64,000 nt of DNA. Origin: Octopus vulgaris. Lineage: Eukaryota. The stretch covers positions 85,746,001 through 85,810,000 of the forward strand of contig OX597820.1 in the NCBI GenBank assembly GCA_951406725.2. Direction: 5' to 3'. Position 1 is the stretch's first letter. The number at the start of each line of letters is the position of its first letter. Made by a program: the position numbers and the translations under genes. Shown one piece after another: positions 14,563 through 28,278 of this stretch. A model generated the notes under the pieces. It saw only the letters and a list, made by a program, of their open reading frames with translations. It was not told where the DNA came from and ran no database searches.

Positions 14563-15265
14563 AATACATGCATACATATATGTACATACCTACATCTATA
14601 TGTATAAATATACATGCATATATGGTCACAGGACATCGAAAAAATCTTTGAACACAATGAGAAACGAAAACGCAAAAACAAAAAAATGGAAACGAACTTT
14701 TTTCAAACCACGAAAAAAACAGAGTAAAATACATACAACACAAGGAATATTCCCCTTCTTCAGTTGACCCTGTTTCGTCTAATCTGCGCTTCGAAGGTAA
14801 GACAAGATGCGACTTCGTTGAAACAATCCTTCCCGCCAAGCAAATTAAATAAAATTTGTTATTTTTTGCGGAGGTGTAAAAATGGTTACAAGAACAGGAC
14901 AGTAAGAACAAAAACAAGACAGTAGAAACAGTAAAAGACATAACAAAAAGGATAACACAGTAGAAACAAACGATGAGGGCTATTAAGCCAAGACGAAGGA
15001 AAAATTATTCTGAACGCTTGAGACAGCTTATGTATGTATGTGTGAGTATGTGTTTGTGTGTCTATGTTTGTTCCCCACCCTACATCGCTTGACAACGGAT
15101 GCTGGTGTGTTTACGTCTCCGTAACTTAGCGGTTTGGCAAAAGAGATCGATAGAATAAGTACTAGGCTTACAAAGACGAATTCCTGGGTGGATTTGCTCG
15201 ATTAAAGGCGGTGCTCCAGCATGGCCACTGTGGAATGACTGAAACAAGTAAAAGCGTAAAAGAGT
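14353..15265 (+). mobile_element. SINE family A, split by an insertion in its internal microsatellite
   Basis: Head 14353-14516 (GTGTGGTAAGTAGCTTGC...GAGTTCAGTCCCA) and tail about 15030-15265. Confidence 0.85.
14624..15028 (-). mobile_element. Probable Penelope-type terminus inserted in the SINE (TA)n tract
   Basis: A-rich 400-bp insert between the SINE halves; decayed hammerhead-like arrangement at 14763-14824. Confidence 0.45.
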
Positions 15266-16184
15266 ATTACATTTCAATAACTCAGCAATTAAATGCTTCT
15301 GCCAAACAATAAAATAAATAATTAGATAAATCAAAAGAACAGAGACACAGGACTTAGCTCAGCTTTCACAAAGTATTTGTGGTGATTGGTGCGTGTCATG
15401 ATATATACATATCAGTTGTGCCAATCATGTTACTCAACATTTTATTGTGTTGATTTTAAGATATAGTTTATAAAGATATTCTCATTATTCCACGAATTTT
15501 CAATATTCCATTATGTGGCTTTGACAGAGACCGCATTCTGAGGTTTCTCCGAATAGACTTCTCTTTGTCCAACGAGAAAAGTTTTCCTAAGAGTGTGTGT
15601 TTTGAATACTACTACTGCTTTGCATACTACTAATGCTGCTTCCAGCCAGCAAAATTTATTCCAGTGTATATACTACACTACATAAGCCGGTAAACATATG
15701 TTACATTTCTATGCCCCTTAACAGACAGAAAGGTTGGCGTTTACATAAAAAGTGTACAGAGTGCCTCAATTATGGATTCATTTTCTTCATTAGGAGGCCT
15801 GTTGGTTCTATCATTGAAGCTTTCATAGGTAGACGTGGTTCCTGAAGGTTTGAACAATCTTTTGATTATTTCTGGTTATTGTCGGGCAAAATGCCATGAA
15901 GCTGTTATTCAGATACATATTTTGAATGTATGTCTGATAGGTAGTTCTTTCTCATATACACTGCTCCCGTTGTTTGAACGATTAATTGCACTTGTTATAT
16001 AAATGCTAGTTTTCAGATACAAAGAGGTCATTGCAGGAGGCTTTTCTGTAAAGGTTGGTATTAAGAACAGGATTTTTACTGATGTAGAGAAGGAAATCGA
16101 ATGAAGGGGAACACACTGAATGATCGGAACAGACATACAAAGAAGGCAGGAGATTATGGGGAAAATTAAGGGTAAGTGGTTATA

Positions 16185-16406
16185 CAAAGGGGTACTGAAA
16201 AGTTCCTGGTTTTAAGCGTGTCATGAAAGGTCTGGTTAGAAACCTTACCTTTCGAGTTCTTTTCCAGGGCACAGAAAAACGGAATGGCCGCTGCAATAAG
16301 AGTCTAAATCTGAGACAGGAATAAGTTGAAAAAAAATCATAATTAACTGTTCCTCCTGCAATTCCTTTTACCCAAATCCAGGAACTATCCAGCGCCCCCC
16401 CCCTCG
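16185..16406 (+). mobile_element. Mariner-derived MITE
   Basis: Imperfect TIRs CAAAGGGGTACTGAAAAGTTCCTGG / CCAGGAACTATCCAGCGCCCC..CTCG; TA on both flanks; transposase C-terminal trace GRCNKSLNLRQE*VEK. Confidence 0.75.
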
Positions 16407-16766
16407 TATATGCCTCTATCTACAGCATATAAGATTTACCCGATACTTATGTGATAAAATACGACTAGAAATTTACGTAAAATCTACACACCAAACCAAA
16501 GTATCTGTCCAGCTCAGCGCTTGTCGACGCCCGGACTCTCGTGTTTAAAGGTTTTGGAAACCGAAACACACATGTAAGACAAAAGTCTAATCGTTGTTTT
16601 TCATTTTCTTTATCAACATTTTCTTCAAACGATCATTGTGGCAACATATACAGTGCATACACATACACACGCACATAGTATCTACCTATCCATCTATATG
16701 TCTCTCTCTTCATCTCTCTCTCTCTCTATGTATATATATATATCTATCAATCAATCTATCTATCTG

Positions 16767-16889
<123 letters not shown>

Positions 16890-16943
16890 ATGTGCATTCA
16901 TATGTATATATGCACATGCATATATATATATATAGAAATATAC

Positions 16944-16989
<46 letters not shown>

Positions 16990-17541
16990 ATATGTATATA
17001 AAAATATGTAAATATGTATATTGTTATATATATATATATATATGCACATATGTATGCTTTCATTACCATGTACTCGGAAAAATATGTCAGTGTGTTGTGT
17101 ATAGGAGGTGGTTGATGGCGGTGAGAATATGATGTGTGGTGTGAAATATCAATAGATTATGGTGTACAACATTAGAAATCTGTCATGGTGGAAGTGATGT
17201 TCACACCTCACCCGGTTACAGTGATGCGCCAATGACAATGTCAAGGCAACCATGATATTACTGAACATTATGTCTGCATCACCAATCTGACGGCACTGAT
17301 GAAATGCAGCGCGAAACAACAATAACAATGCTAGCAATATATTATTTGCATACGTCCTCTTCGTATTCATCACTCTTAAATTTATATACATACATGTGTG
17401 TGTACATATACACTCACATACATATACATACGTATATACATACATACGTATATACATACATATATATAGCCGCATAAACACAGAGGGCCAAAGGGAGATC
17501 ACCAAATGTAAATGCCAATCGCATGTACGTCACTCTTTCTT

Positions 17542-17585
<44 letters not shown>

Positions 17586-17713
17586 CATACATTCATACAT
17601 GCATATATATTTATATATGTTTTTATTTTTCATTCCCTGTGGTTTTGAATTTTTAACTATTCCTTCTACCGACCTTTTTAAGACTCACCTCTTTTGTGTT
17701 TAAATGTACACAA

Positions 17714-17793
<80 letters not shown>

Positions 17794-17835
17794 GAAAGAA
17801 TGGAGTCGAACGAAGATTTCAACAAAATTCCTTTA

Positions 17836-17918
17836 CTCTCAACACATGTTTCGAAGACTGCATACCATTAATTCCGAAGGAATAAAGGGTGCATTATGCC
17901 ATCTTCTCATCAGGAAAG
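17836..17918 (-). ncRNA. Type I hammerhead, canonical core, extended stem II
   Basis: CTTTC-CTGATGA-GAAGAT..GCATA..ATTCC TTC GGAAT..TATGC..GTCTTC-GAAA-C ATGT G-TT-GAGAG; about 45 nt from (TA)n. Confidence 0.75.
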
Positions 17919-19025
17919 ACAAGGAACCTCTATCAACCTCAAGACGAACAAAATATTTTTGATGGCTGCCTACATGGTGTCCACAGTGATAATGAGTGTT
18001 TTTTTTTAAATAATCCGTTATAAGCAATGATGTCAAAATTGGTTGGAAGGAGGAAGTTCTAAAAATAGGAAGGGGACAGTATGTATGCTGTAAGTATGTG
18101 GATGCGCGAGTGTTTGCTTTTGTTAATGAGTTTGATTGTTTATGTGTGTATATAACTGCATTTGTGTCTGTATGTGTGTGTAATTGTGTGTGTGGGGGGA
18201 ACAATTGTCAAATTTATTTAGTAGTGAGGTGACAAATTTGTGTCTGTGTGTTTGATTGTGCGTATGATAGAGAGAGAGAGAAAGAGGGGAGAGGTAGAGA
18301 GAAAGAGATAAAAATATGCCAACGATATTTAGTAGTAATGTTTCATGCAACGGAGTAGACAGAAAGAATTTGTCTATGGCAGTGGTGTAAACGTGAAACT
18401 AATTATTAAAACCAAAGGGGTTATCTATATTATTTAGCATTTATATGAGTGGAAAGTGTGCTTCTGCCAATGCTTACATTTACAGGATTTTTCTATTAGT
18501 GTGTTTACCAAGGGGAACTTGGCGAAAAGGATATAGAAGAGATCAGAATTACAAATGCCACAATATTTCCTGCCCTTATCAAAAGGAAAGGATACAGACA
18601 ATATGGACCAATCCAGCTTGAAGGTTATATTGTTGTCCTTAAGACGCCAAACTACTTTACTTAGTCCTGTACTTTGTTGTTTTCTCTTATCTCGGAAAGT
18701 TGAATAATGATTGGAAATTCTCTAGCTAATCTCTTCTTAACCTTCTGTATTTTTTGGTTCGAAGCATTCTGGAGGTAAAGCAAACAATCGTCTCGATACA
18801 GACCGCCACAGATGTCCGAGAATTGGTCAGGCAATTAATAGAGAATGTAAAGTCCGACCAAATCGGCTAATTGGGCGCTGTCTGTACTTCCCATTATCAC
18901 ATCGAACGCGTTAGGGGTGTCTCTGCGGACCAACAACTTATTATCGAACTGTATGAGAGATTTTCTAGCTGCTAATATCACATTAATTTCCTCCCTGGAG
19001 AGGCCTGCCTTATTGTGCGCGTGTC

Positions 19026-19057
<32 letters not shown>

Positions 19058-20015
19058 AGGTATTAATATGGATATTGAGAGACAGAGAATTAGGGAGAAA
19101 TAGAGAAATGCAGATAAACTAAATGAGGGCTAATGACTATATTTTACATGGAATGTGAATTACATCGTACGTAAACTAGGTTATAATGAATATAAAATGG
19201 AAAAGTATTCAAAATACATTATTATCTTGACTGCTGTTTCGGATGTACTATGGCTTTAACAGAATCACATTGATTACATAAAAAACGACCATAATGTTGT
19301 AGCTGTATAGAATAGTACAAGTTCCTATGCTCCCTTTGAGCAAAACCAAATCATCCAGATCATAATACTATTTACAATTATTTAAGTCTATAGGAAAGGA
19401 GCGGGTGAAAGGAAGGAAGTTAGACGGAATTATGGGGGCTCTGGTTGGATGACTAAAAAGGTATTTGTGCTATGAAGACGAACGTTGATAATAAACAGAA
19501 ACAAGAGAGTAAATGTAGCTTATAAGAGAAGGAAGTGTTCTGGCGGACAGGGATGTCTATCAAAGTGGACTGGACATACTAGCAAAGCATATGTCGTTGA
19601 GAGGCCCATTTTATCACACGAGGATTCGATCAGAATCTTCCGTGCTGTTAACATGGATCTCCTAAAAACAAAGTAAATTTCATGTAATGATGATAATTTT
19701 GCCTTGAAGAGTAGCCTGCGGTATACACCTCGCTTAGTTATTTACCACTTTCGTGGTTCCGCTCGCTATGGAACATAAGTAACCCGGACTTTATTAATTA
19801 ATTCATTCCCTAGCTCGTGGATATATATATATATATGTGTATATATATATATTATATATATATATAATATATATATATATTATATATATATATATTATAT
19901 ATATATATTATATATATATATATAATATATATATATATGTATGTATATATGTATGCATGTATGTATACTTATATATATATATATATGTATGTATGCATGC
20001 ATGTATATGTATACT

Positions 20016-20047
<32 letters not shown>

Positions 20048-21141
20048 CAAATATACATATATATGCTTACACATATCCACTTCATTCTCTATCTCTTTAT
20101 ATATTTATTTTATATGTACATGTGAAGTATGTATGTATGTATCAATACACATCATACATCGAAGTCATGTTATGGATACCATTCTATTAGTCATAGATAC
20201 AGACTATTTCTTACCTGTTTTCTGTTAGCGATATCTGTCTGCATAATATTAGCACTTTTGATGAGCGTTATCTTCTATTCTTTACACACGAAATGTTCAC
20301 CAAGTAGTTCTTTGATTTTTCTCTTTGTATTCCACGTCAGTGCACCCAACGCTTCTATTAGATAAGAGATACTTCTTGTGTCAATAATCCATATCGTCGA
20401 TATTTCTACCTCAAGGTTTTTTTCTTTTTTATATTTGGGAAATTATTCAATTTCTTTTCTGGAGAAGTTATCGTCTGCGCGGTAAACCACCTCAGAAAAT
20501 ATATAAAACCTTTCTATCGATATCCGTGCTGTTTGTTCCTATGCCCATAGCAATATATACTTTTATAAGTGTTTATGTAGTTACTTATCACCATTTTCCC
20601 TCTCTACTTCTCTTAATAGTAGGTAGCAACATTTATCCATCTCATATATCATGCAGTAGGGGCAGTGAGAGGCCTATGTGAATCATGGTATAGTTTATGA
20701 AACCCTATTCAGGTCGATAGCTGGCGTTCTCATCATGCTGAAGATATATGCTGCAACCACTACGTTTGGTTATTTGCTAACGTTTCTGTACATTGTCCTT
20801 TTGGGTAAGTATTTTACTTACTGTACTGCGAATTTGAACACAACTGAATGTGTAGTCCATATGCGCAGTGTTTAGGTTTTATTAATAATGAGGATTCTGG
20901 TTTTAGCACAAGGCTGACTCAAATACGCAGACCGATATTACAAGTCTCTTTTGAACGACTGATGTAAATATGAAGATCATGCATTCATACAAAACTATTT
21001 ATATGAGCAACGAGCATATAAAATTAAAGTTTCTCCATTACCAGAAGCTGCATGTGTATGCCTTCCTTTCAGGAGCAAATAATTGAAAACTGCTTTACAC
21101 TTATTACGTCTATTCCAAGATAAATAAAAGATTATTTATTC

Positions 21142-21193
<52 letters not shown>

Positions 21194-21261
21194 AAGGGTG
21201 AAAAGGAACACACGAGTTGATATATATGAAAAAACAAGTCAAAATAGAAAATGCTAAAATA

Positions 21262-22170
21262 CCGAATACTATAAACAAAAACACCATACTGGTATCCTTC
21301 GATGTAGTCAACCTCTACTCCAATATCCCCCACAACCTAGGACTAGAGGCAATCCAATTCTGGCTAGAGAATCATGCTAACGAACTACCACATCGCATCA
21401 AAAAAGAATTCGTGATAGAAGGGGTTAAATTCATCCTGGAAAATAACTTCTTCGCCTTCAATGACAACTTCTACCGACAAAAATCGGGGACTGCGATGGG
21501 TACACGAATGGCCCCCTCCTTTGCCAACCTAGTCATAGGATATCTAGAGATCAGTCTGTATCGTAATGTTCTAGAAAGATATGGCAGCCCTTTCTCCATC
21601 TACATAGAAAACAACTGGAAGAGATATCTAGATGACTGTTTCATTCTTTGGCATAAAAATATAGAAAAACTCATAGAATTCCAGGAAATTTTAAACGGAC
21701 TGGACGTAAACATCCAATTCACGATGGAATATAGCCAGCAACAACTCTCCTTCCTCGATATCCTCATTAAGAAAGCTAATAATGTAATAGAAACAGACAT
21801 ATATTATAAGCCTACAGACTCTAAGCAATATCTTCCATTCAATTCATACCACCCCAGACACACCAGGATGAATATCTCCTTCAATCTAGCAAAAAGGATA
21901 TGCACTATAGTCTCTAATGCAAACACCAGAAACACACGACTACAAGAACTAAAAGATACCCTTATCACCAGGAACTATCCACCTTCACTTATTGACAAGT
22001 GCATTCAACGTGCCCTTCAACTTAACATCAAGGAACTGAGACATCCCAAATCAAAGAAAAACTTACGACCAAAAGCCTTACCATACATCTCCACACACAA
22101 CCCTCTCAATAACGAAACCTTCGGCACCCTTCTCCACAACATACCCCTCCTAACAAAAAGACCACAGAAT
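21262..22170 (+). pseudogene. Penelope-type reverse transcriptase, 5'-truncated
   Basis: LVSFDVVNLYSNIP; RQKSGTAMGTRMAPSFANL; WKRYLDDCF; LSFLDILI; TDIYYKPTDSKQYLPFNSYHP. The first 15 ORF-track residues come from the inverted terminus. Confidence 0.93.
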
Positions 22171-22696
22171 GAACACAATCCTCCAAACACACACGATCAT
22201 AAAAAGCAAGAGACAGACTAAATCCATGAAAAGTCTCCTAACACAAGCACGAATTCACTCTTCAACACAGAGGCCGACAGTAAAAAAATGTGGAAGACCC
22301 AATTGCGGGATATGCGACTATCTAATTGAGGGATCAGAGTTCTCCTTCAAACAGGGACAACGGTTTACAGTGAAAAGCAACTTCACATGTGCTTCGGAGA
22401 ACCTAATATACTCGCTAACCTGCTCCGGGTGTCAAGAGCAGTACATAGGCCAAACAAAAAATAGTTTGCGTAAAAGAATGGCCCTGCACAGATCCCAGAT
22501 AAAAATTCCCCAAAACAGAAAAATAGCTTTTAGCCAACACATAGATACTTGCGCCAACAACAAAACACCAAGCTTCAGGATTTTCCCCCTCTACCAATTT
22601 AGGGACGATACAACCTCGAGACAACGAATAAGTAAAGAAACTCTCTTTATTACAAAATACAGGCCACTTCTTAACGGGTCTACGACAAACGATTAA
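22169..22696 (+). pseudogene. GIY-YIG endonuclease domain (Cys-linker, Neptune-like), frameshifted from the RT
   Basis: CGRPNCGIC; FTCASENLIYSLTCSGCQEQYIGQTKNSLRKRMALHRSQI; KETLFITKYRPLLN. Confidence 0.92.
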
Positions 22697-23374
22697 TATA
22701 TCTCAACTTTAGAATAAAAGAAATACACACACAAATATTACATTCCAAAGAATCCATTACTAATCAGCCCCAATCACATCTATAATCCATAACATGCCAA
22801 CTTCAAGTCATACAACACCTCACTACTTTCACCCATTCATATTCTCCCTTCTCTGTTTTCTTCTTCTTCCTCTTCTTCTTCATCATCATCATTATCATCA
22901 TCATCACCACCATCATCATCACCATCTTCTTCTTCTCCTTCTCCTTCTTCTTCTTCATCATCATCATCATCATCATCATCGTCATCTTTTTCTTCTTCTT
23001 CTTCTTCTTCTTCTTCTTCTTCTTCTCCACCTTCTACCTCTTAACTTCATCACTAATGCATTTTAGTAAAACACCTACGCAAATTCCATAAACAAACCTC
23101 TCAATAGAAATATTCTACTGAATTGAACTGCAACTGCTAGCCGTCACAGACCATTCAAAATACAACAATCAAGGCACTCCCAAATTTGTCCACCCCCTCT
23201 CCTCATCAGCCTTCTTCTTCTACCCTACCAAGAATTCACAACGACCTCGAACACACAAGTGCAAACAAGGGAGTCAGAGAAAGGCAGAATGCCACTTATA
23301 TCTGAACACTATACAAATATTCCTTTAAAAAAACTTTTCTTCTAATTTTTCTAAATTTAATTATTTAATCGTTA

Positions 23375-23412
23375 CAGTTGAAAAGGTCTCAAAATGACGG
23401 AAACCGGTACTG
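23375..23412 (+). ncRNA. Minimal hammerhead, U3-A8 variant, in the Penelope 3' terminus
   Basis: CAG-TTGAAAA-GGTC TCAAAAT GACG-GAAA-CCGG-TA-CTG; palindrome ACCGGT; GUA site; one mismatch at the base of stem II. Confidence 0.72.
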
Positions 23413-23460
23413 AAATGTTCTTTATAAAATTATTTTAGCATTTTCTATTTTGACTTGTTT

Positions 23461-23514
<54 letters not shown>

Positions 23515-23518
23515 CATA

Positions 23519-24395
23519 CAGGGTACGGTTGGTGAATATACTGTCGTCTAAGTTACCCAACAAAAAAAGAACTCTGACATCTCATTTTAATAGATATGCT
23601 CACCAGAATTACATAAAAAATATTTTGAAATACTAAAGAGTATATTCAATAAAATCGCCATTGTCTTCAACCACGACCTCCAGACAACTTTCGCATCTCT
23701 TGGAACTCTTCTGAACGGTGTCCTTGTTTAAGTTGGTGAATGCTGCTATAATCCTTGCCTTAAATTCATCTTTGGTGTTATAAGGAGTTTTGTTGTTCTC
23801 TCGCTCAACTGCGGCCCACACATAATAAAGGGGGTTGCAGTCTGTTGTCGCAGAAATTGTATGACAGCCATGACTGGGTTCTACTGCTTGTGTAGCATGG
23901 TGCATAATCCTGTTTCCAAACATAGGGTCTACCAGTAGCCATCCTGTCGACCCATGACAGCACTACCTCCTCCACACAGTTGATGTAGGCCTGTGTGTAG
24001 ATACTGAGGCCTTGTGGGAAGATAAATGGAAGCATAACGTCGCCATCACTAGTGATCACTCCAAACAAAATGATTTGGGCTGGATGTCTGTTTTTTTTCA
24101 CTCTCGATACATGTCCTGAAATTGCACTGTCCCCAGATTGCACTGTCCTTGCACTTGGATTGACACCCAAATACACCGAAATGTTCGTATTGAGCTTCCA
24201 GCGCGAATGTCAAGCAGTACAACAGGTCGTTTCGTAATCTCTGTCAGAGTGAATAGCGTCATGGTGCTGTTTCTCTCACAGAGGATGCCCAACTGACCCT
24301 ACTGTACTCTGTCGTCGACAAAATCAAAAACAAACGATTCGTATACTCGAAATTAAAAGTATAAAATATAGCGACAATTCACTCATTCCAACCGG
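23519..24395 (-). mobile_element. Tc1/mariner superfamily transposon (maT/D,D37D-like), deleted
   Basis: ILFGVITSDGDVMLPFIFPQGL; YVWKQDYAPCYTS; DCNPLYYVWAAVER; VVEDNGDFIE; decayed TIRs with TA flanks. Confidence 0.88.
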
Positions 24396-24481
24396 TACAC
24401 ACACGGTGATGCCTATATGTATGTGCGCGCGCATGTGTCTGTATTCGTGCTACACAAACACACACACACAACTCACACACA

Positions 24482-24532
<51 letters not shown>

Positions 24533-24533
<1 letters not shown>

Positions 24534-24899
24534 ATCTAATTTTGAGGGAATGGAACAGGTAAAATCCAGGCTATATATGTTTCCTAGCTACCAGGACCTC
24601 AGAAGTAATACATTTATCCAACGAAGGGTTCACTGCTAGCTAGACTTCAGGCCGGAGATAACTTAGTTAAATTGTTAGATTGTTGGCAAGGATCCTATTT
24701 TAAAATTACATCTCCGGTGAGTTAACTTGGTATCCTTTGACGACAATGTAACCTTCATTTAACTAAGGTATCTTCGGCCTGACAAGTAGCTAGGAGAGTA
24801 CCCATTAATGATTCATTATTACTGCCTAGGTTTTGCTAGGTAGGAAAAATATGTCGTTCAGATTTTACCTGTCCCATTCCCTCAATTTGAACATTTATT
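24533..24899. mobile_element. Fold-back (near whole-length palindromic) non-autonomous element
   Basis: TTGAGGGAATGGAACAGGTAAAATC / GATTTTACCTGTCCCATTCCCTCAA; inner arms also pair (24637-24695/24730-24793); related ends at 50430-51104. Confidence 0.75.
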
Positions 24900-25041
24900 T
24901 CCATTCATAGCAAACTAAAGTTGCACACACTGAACTATTAAAAAAAAAAAAGCCTACAACATTCTACACCAATGAACAATTATTATTCCTGAAAGTAAGT
25001 GGTTTCTTATACCTGTTAGACACACACTCATATACATATAT

Positions 25042-25207
25042 AGGCCCAGACTTGTGTGACTACTAAGAAGTTTGCTATCTAAGTACAAGGTTCCGGATTC
25101 AGTCCCGCTACGGGTCACCTTGGGCGAGTAATCTTTACTATAGCGTGAAGCTGACCAAAGCCTTGTGAGTGGATTCGGTAGCAGAAGCCTTGAAGGAACG
25201 TGTCGTA
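25042..25207 (+). mobile_element. SINE family A, 5' half
   Basis: GGATTCAGTCCCGCTACG...GACCAAAGCCTTGTGAGTGGATT, as at 14353-14516. Confidence 0.8.
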
Positions 25208-25267
25208 TATATGCATATATAAGTATATATATGCGTGTGTGTGTGTGCGCGCGCGTGTATATGGGTT

Positions 25268-25299
<32 letters not shown>

Positions 25300-27988
25300 G
25301 ACAGAGAAAGAGAGAGCGGAAGAGACACATACACACACTCACATACATATATATACACATATGTAGGCATATGTATATGTATGTATACCCATGACGCTTA
25401 TGCCAATAGCTTATATGACAAACACCACAAAATCTTTCAACGCTGACCCGAAACATTTGGACGCTACTGCGATCTACGAACACAGAATTCGCTACTTGCG
25501 AAGTAATATGACTCTAATCTTTAGAACTTAATCATTAAAATAATCACAAGTGGAAATATAAATATTTATAAAATTTCCAATTCCTGGAAGCATAGATATC
25601 TGAATATTATTTTTAAAAGGCAAATCAACAGAAATAAATATATCTAGCAGCCAATTTGCACCAAGTTTGGTTAGGCATCAACGCAATACAGAGCTTCGTG
25701 TTAAAGAAAGAAACTGAGTGCTTAAATGTGACTGCCACTGGTTAAACGGATTTTATTCAGAGGAAGTATGCTGTGAAAGACATTAAACAATTGTTGGGGC
25801 AAGTTTAAAAATTAATGAAAAACGAAAAGTTACATAGAATTATTAATTATAGCAAAACTTGATTAATTAAGATAGGATTTCATTAAAACAGCGAAATAAT
25901 AAGAATCACACATAGAATTGCTTCGCATATTGAGATTTTAACAAATTGCGAATGTTTTCCCTTTTGTCTCCGTATCTCAGTAATTTTTATATATTATATT
26001 ATTTTCTACATGAAATCAATATTTCTATTATTGGTTATTATTTCCTCAATACATCTCTAGAATACGTCGAGAAAGGTAAAAACGACTGTATTAATAATAT
26101 TCAGATTACAGTTACATATCAAATGTAATACCTCAGGTGATCTTTTCTAACTTATCCAGTTTTCAAGAATGACAGGTTTTAGGTAGCATATCGAATTTTC
26201 TTTTATCGAGAATGTGAAAGTCAATGGTGATATCTCGATAAAATATCCATCAAGCATCGAATTTATTTTAGATTTGCAAACAGAATGTGAAGAATAAATT
26301 CGGAATTTTCTTTATATCCTTTCACAAGAAATTGATAGCATCTAAATCTAGATTACCACTCAAGAGATTTAAATCTCAGTGAATATTTACCAGTCTTGAT
26401 AATTTATTAAATGTTACATAATTTTTCCCGTAAGTATAAACGTGAAATTCAATCTAGACTGTATTTTCAAAGAGAGACACATTTATGTTACCATAAGAAG
26501 TGCGTTTACCGTGAAAATATCAGTAACCAACAGGTTAGTTAACTGAAGCAAAATTACGTACTTGACATGTGAATGTTTCCCCCATTCATTAATGGAACTA
26601 AATCAGTTGTAAATCATGAGTTTTAGCCCATTATTTTTGTAGAATGCAGCATGTTGTTTTCCGCAGAAAGGAACAGATGTTTATTTTTTTTATAAAATCA
26701 TTCCAAATTGTATAGAGTATACAATTACTGCTAGCTTCTTTCCTAAGATATAAACTATATATATAAAAAAGAACAATATGAATAGATATTTGCGTTACTG
26801 TATTTTCCTGAGAAATGAGGCTACTATAAAGCCAGGGATTTAGAGAAAACGGTCTTAACATATCACTACAATCTGAAAACTCCGTACAAAGCTGACCATA
26901 AATACAAACAGCAGCACTTACATAAGATATGTTCAAACTATGATAGATAATGTCTATCCATCATGAATGCCTGTATCATACTAAGAAAAGAAAATTCCAT
27001 TTCGCATAAATGAATGTTTTTTAGCATTTCATTGCAGCTCATGAAAGCGAGGTTGCTGAATAATTGTCTACGTTGTCTTTAAATAAAAGAGCCTGGTAGA
27101 ACAAATGTATTTCCCGAAATATATGCAAGTCAAATCAGTGAACATGAGAAAATCTATGTGTATCTCCTCAGACAGTTAGAAATAGTAGCCAAATGTCCAT
27201 CACAGTCTATTATCTTAAGAAGTAAAGGTGACATACTGGACAAAGTAGTCGTAAATATACGTAAAACTGGGATGGAAGCGTCTGGAATATTATAAGTTTA
27301 TTCACTGAGTGCTTTCAACTACAACAAGAGCTGATAAATCTATCAACATTAGAAGCTCCATTCAATTCAAATATGCCTCTAACCTCACTCTGTCTTTAAA
27401 CAAGTCTTAAACATTTGATATGAGAATTTGACGCAAATATTGAGAATATGCTTATGGGTTCGTCTCTGAAAATTCAATTCCAATTTGCGAGAATTGTGTG
27501 AATAAACAGCTTGTGTCAATTACTTTCATTGAACTGGAGTGAACTATAAATTGATGCACTAGACATATCTTTGAAATTCACGTACACAGTTGATATTTTT
27601 CACACGTTCTTCACTAAGTAGTAACTTAACTATAATACTTGCTTATTAAAGGTAGAATTACTAATGCTCTTTTGCTTAACAGTAAATAATGTTTGCAATG
27701 CTATACGTTATATCATACTATGAAACCGTAAAAGCTGAAGTTAAAACTTGCATAACTGAAATTGAAAGACTGAGAAACTGAACAGAATAGATGACAAAAG
27801 GTCTAGATAAGTGAAACACAAAAGGATGAAAATAAACGGGAAAAACAATGAATATGCAGTTAAGGTGAATACTTAAAAGTATTTACGAGATTTGCTCTGT
27901 ACTCAATGGAATTGTCAGAGAAACAAATAAAATTCAGGTAATTTACGGAGTTCAAATTCAACATTCCGTTTTTTGAGGATACTATTTG

Positions 27989-28054
<66 letters not shown>

Positions 28055-28055
<1 letters not shown>

Positions 28056-28193
28056 TAGCAGAGGTATCCGGCGTTGCTTCGAGATTGAAATTGTTCCTTA
28101 TATATTGGACGGTAAAAGCAAAATATATTGTTGAGAAGTTTGTTATTCTAATTTCAATTTATTCTTCAGTTGGGAAATCAATTCACAATACAA

Positions 28194-28278
<85 letters not shown>

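Larger units (their letters stand above)
21191..23471 (+). mobile_element. Penelope-like retroelement, 5'-truncated, with inverted terminal copy
   Basis: RT plus GIY-YIG ORF, CT-rich 3' region, hammerhead at 23375-23412, 41-bp inverted repeat 21221-21261/23431-23471, (TA)n on both flanks. Confidence 0.93.

Noticed and set aside
14763-14824. Hammerhead-like GTT-TCAACGA-A-GTC..GAC-GAAAC AGG GTC-AAC (-)
   Set aside because: The core lacks G5 and a Watson-Crick 3-8 pair; not counted as a ribozyme.
17293-17332. CTGATGA-AATGCAGCGC-GAAAC
   Set aside because: No stem III or UH site in register with stem I.
20255-20300. TTGATGA...GAAA TGT TC
   Set aside because: Stems I and II are not convincing.
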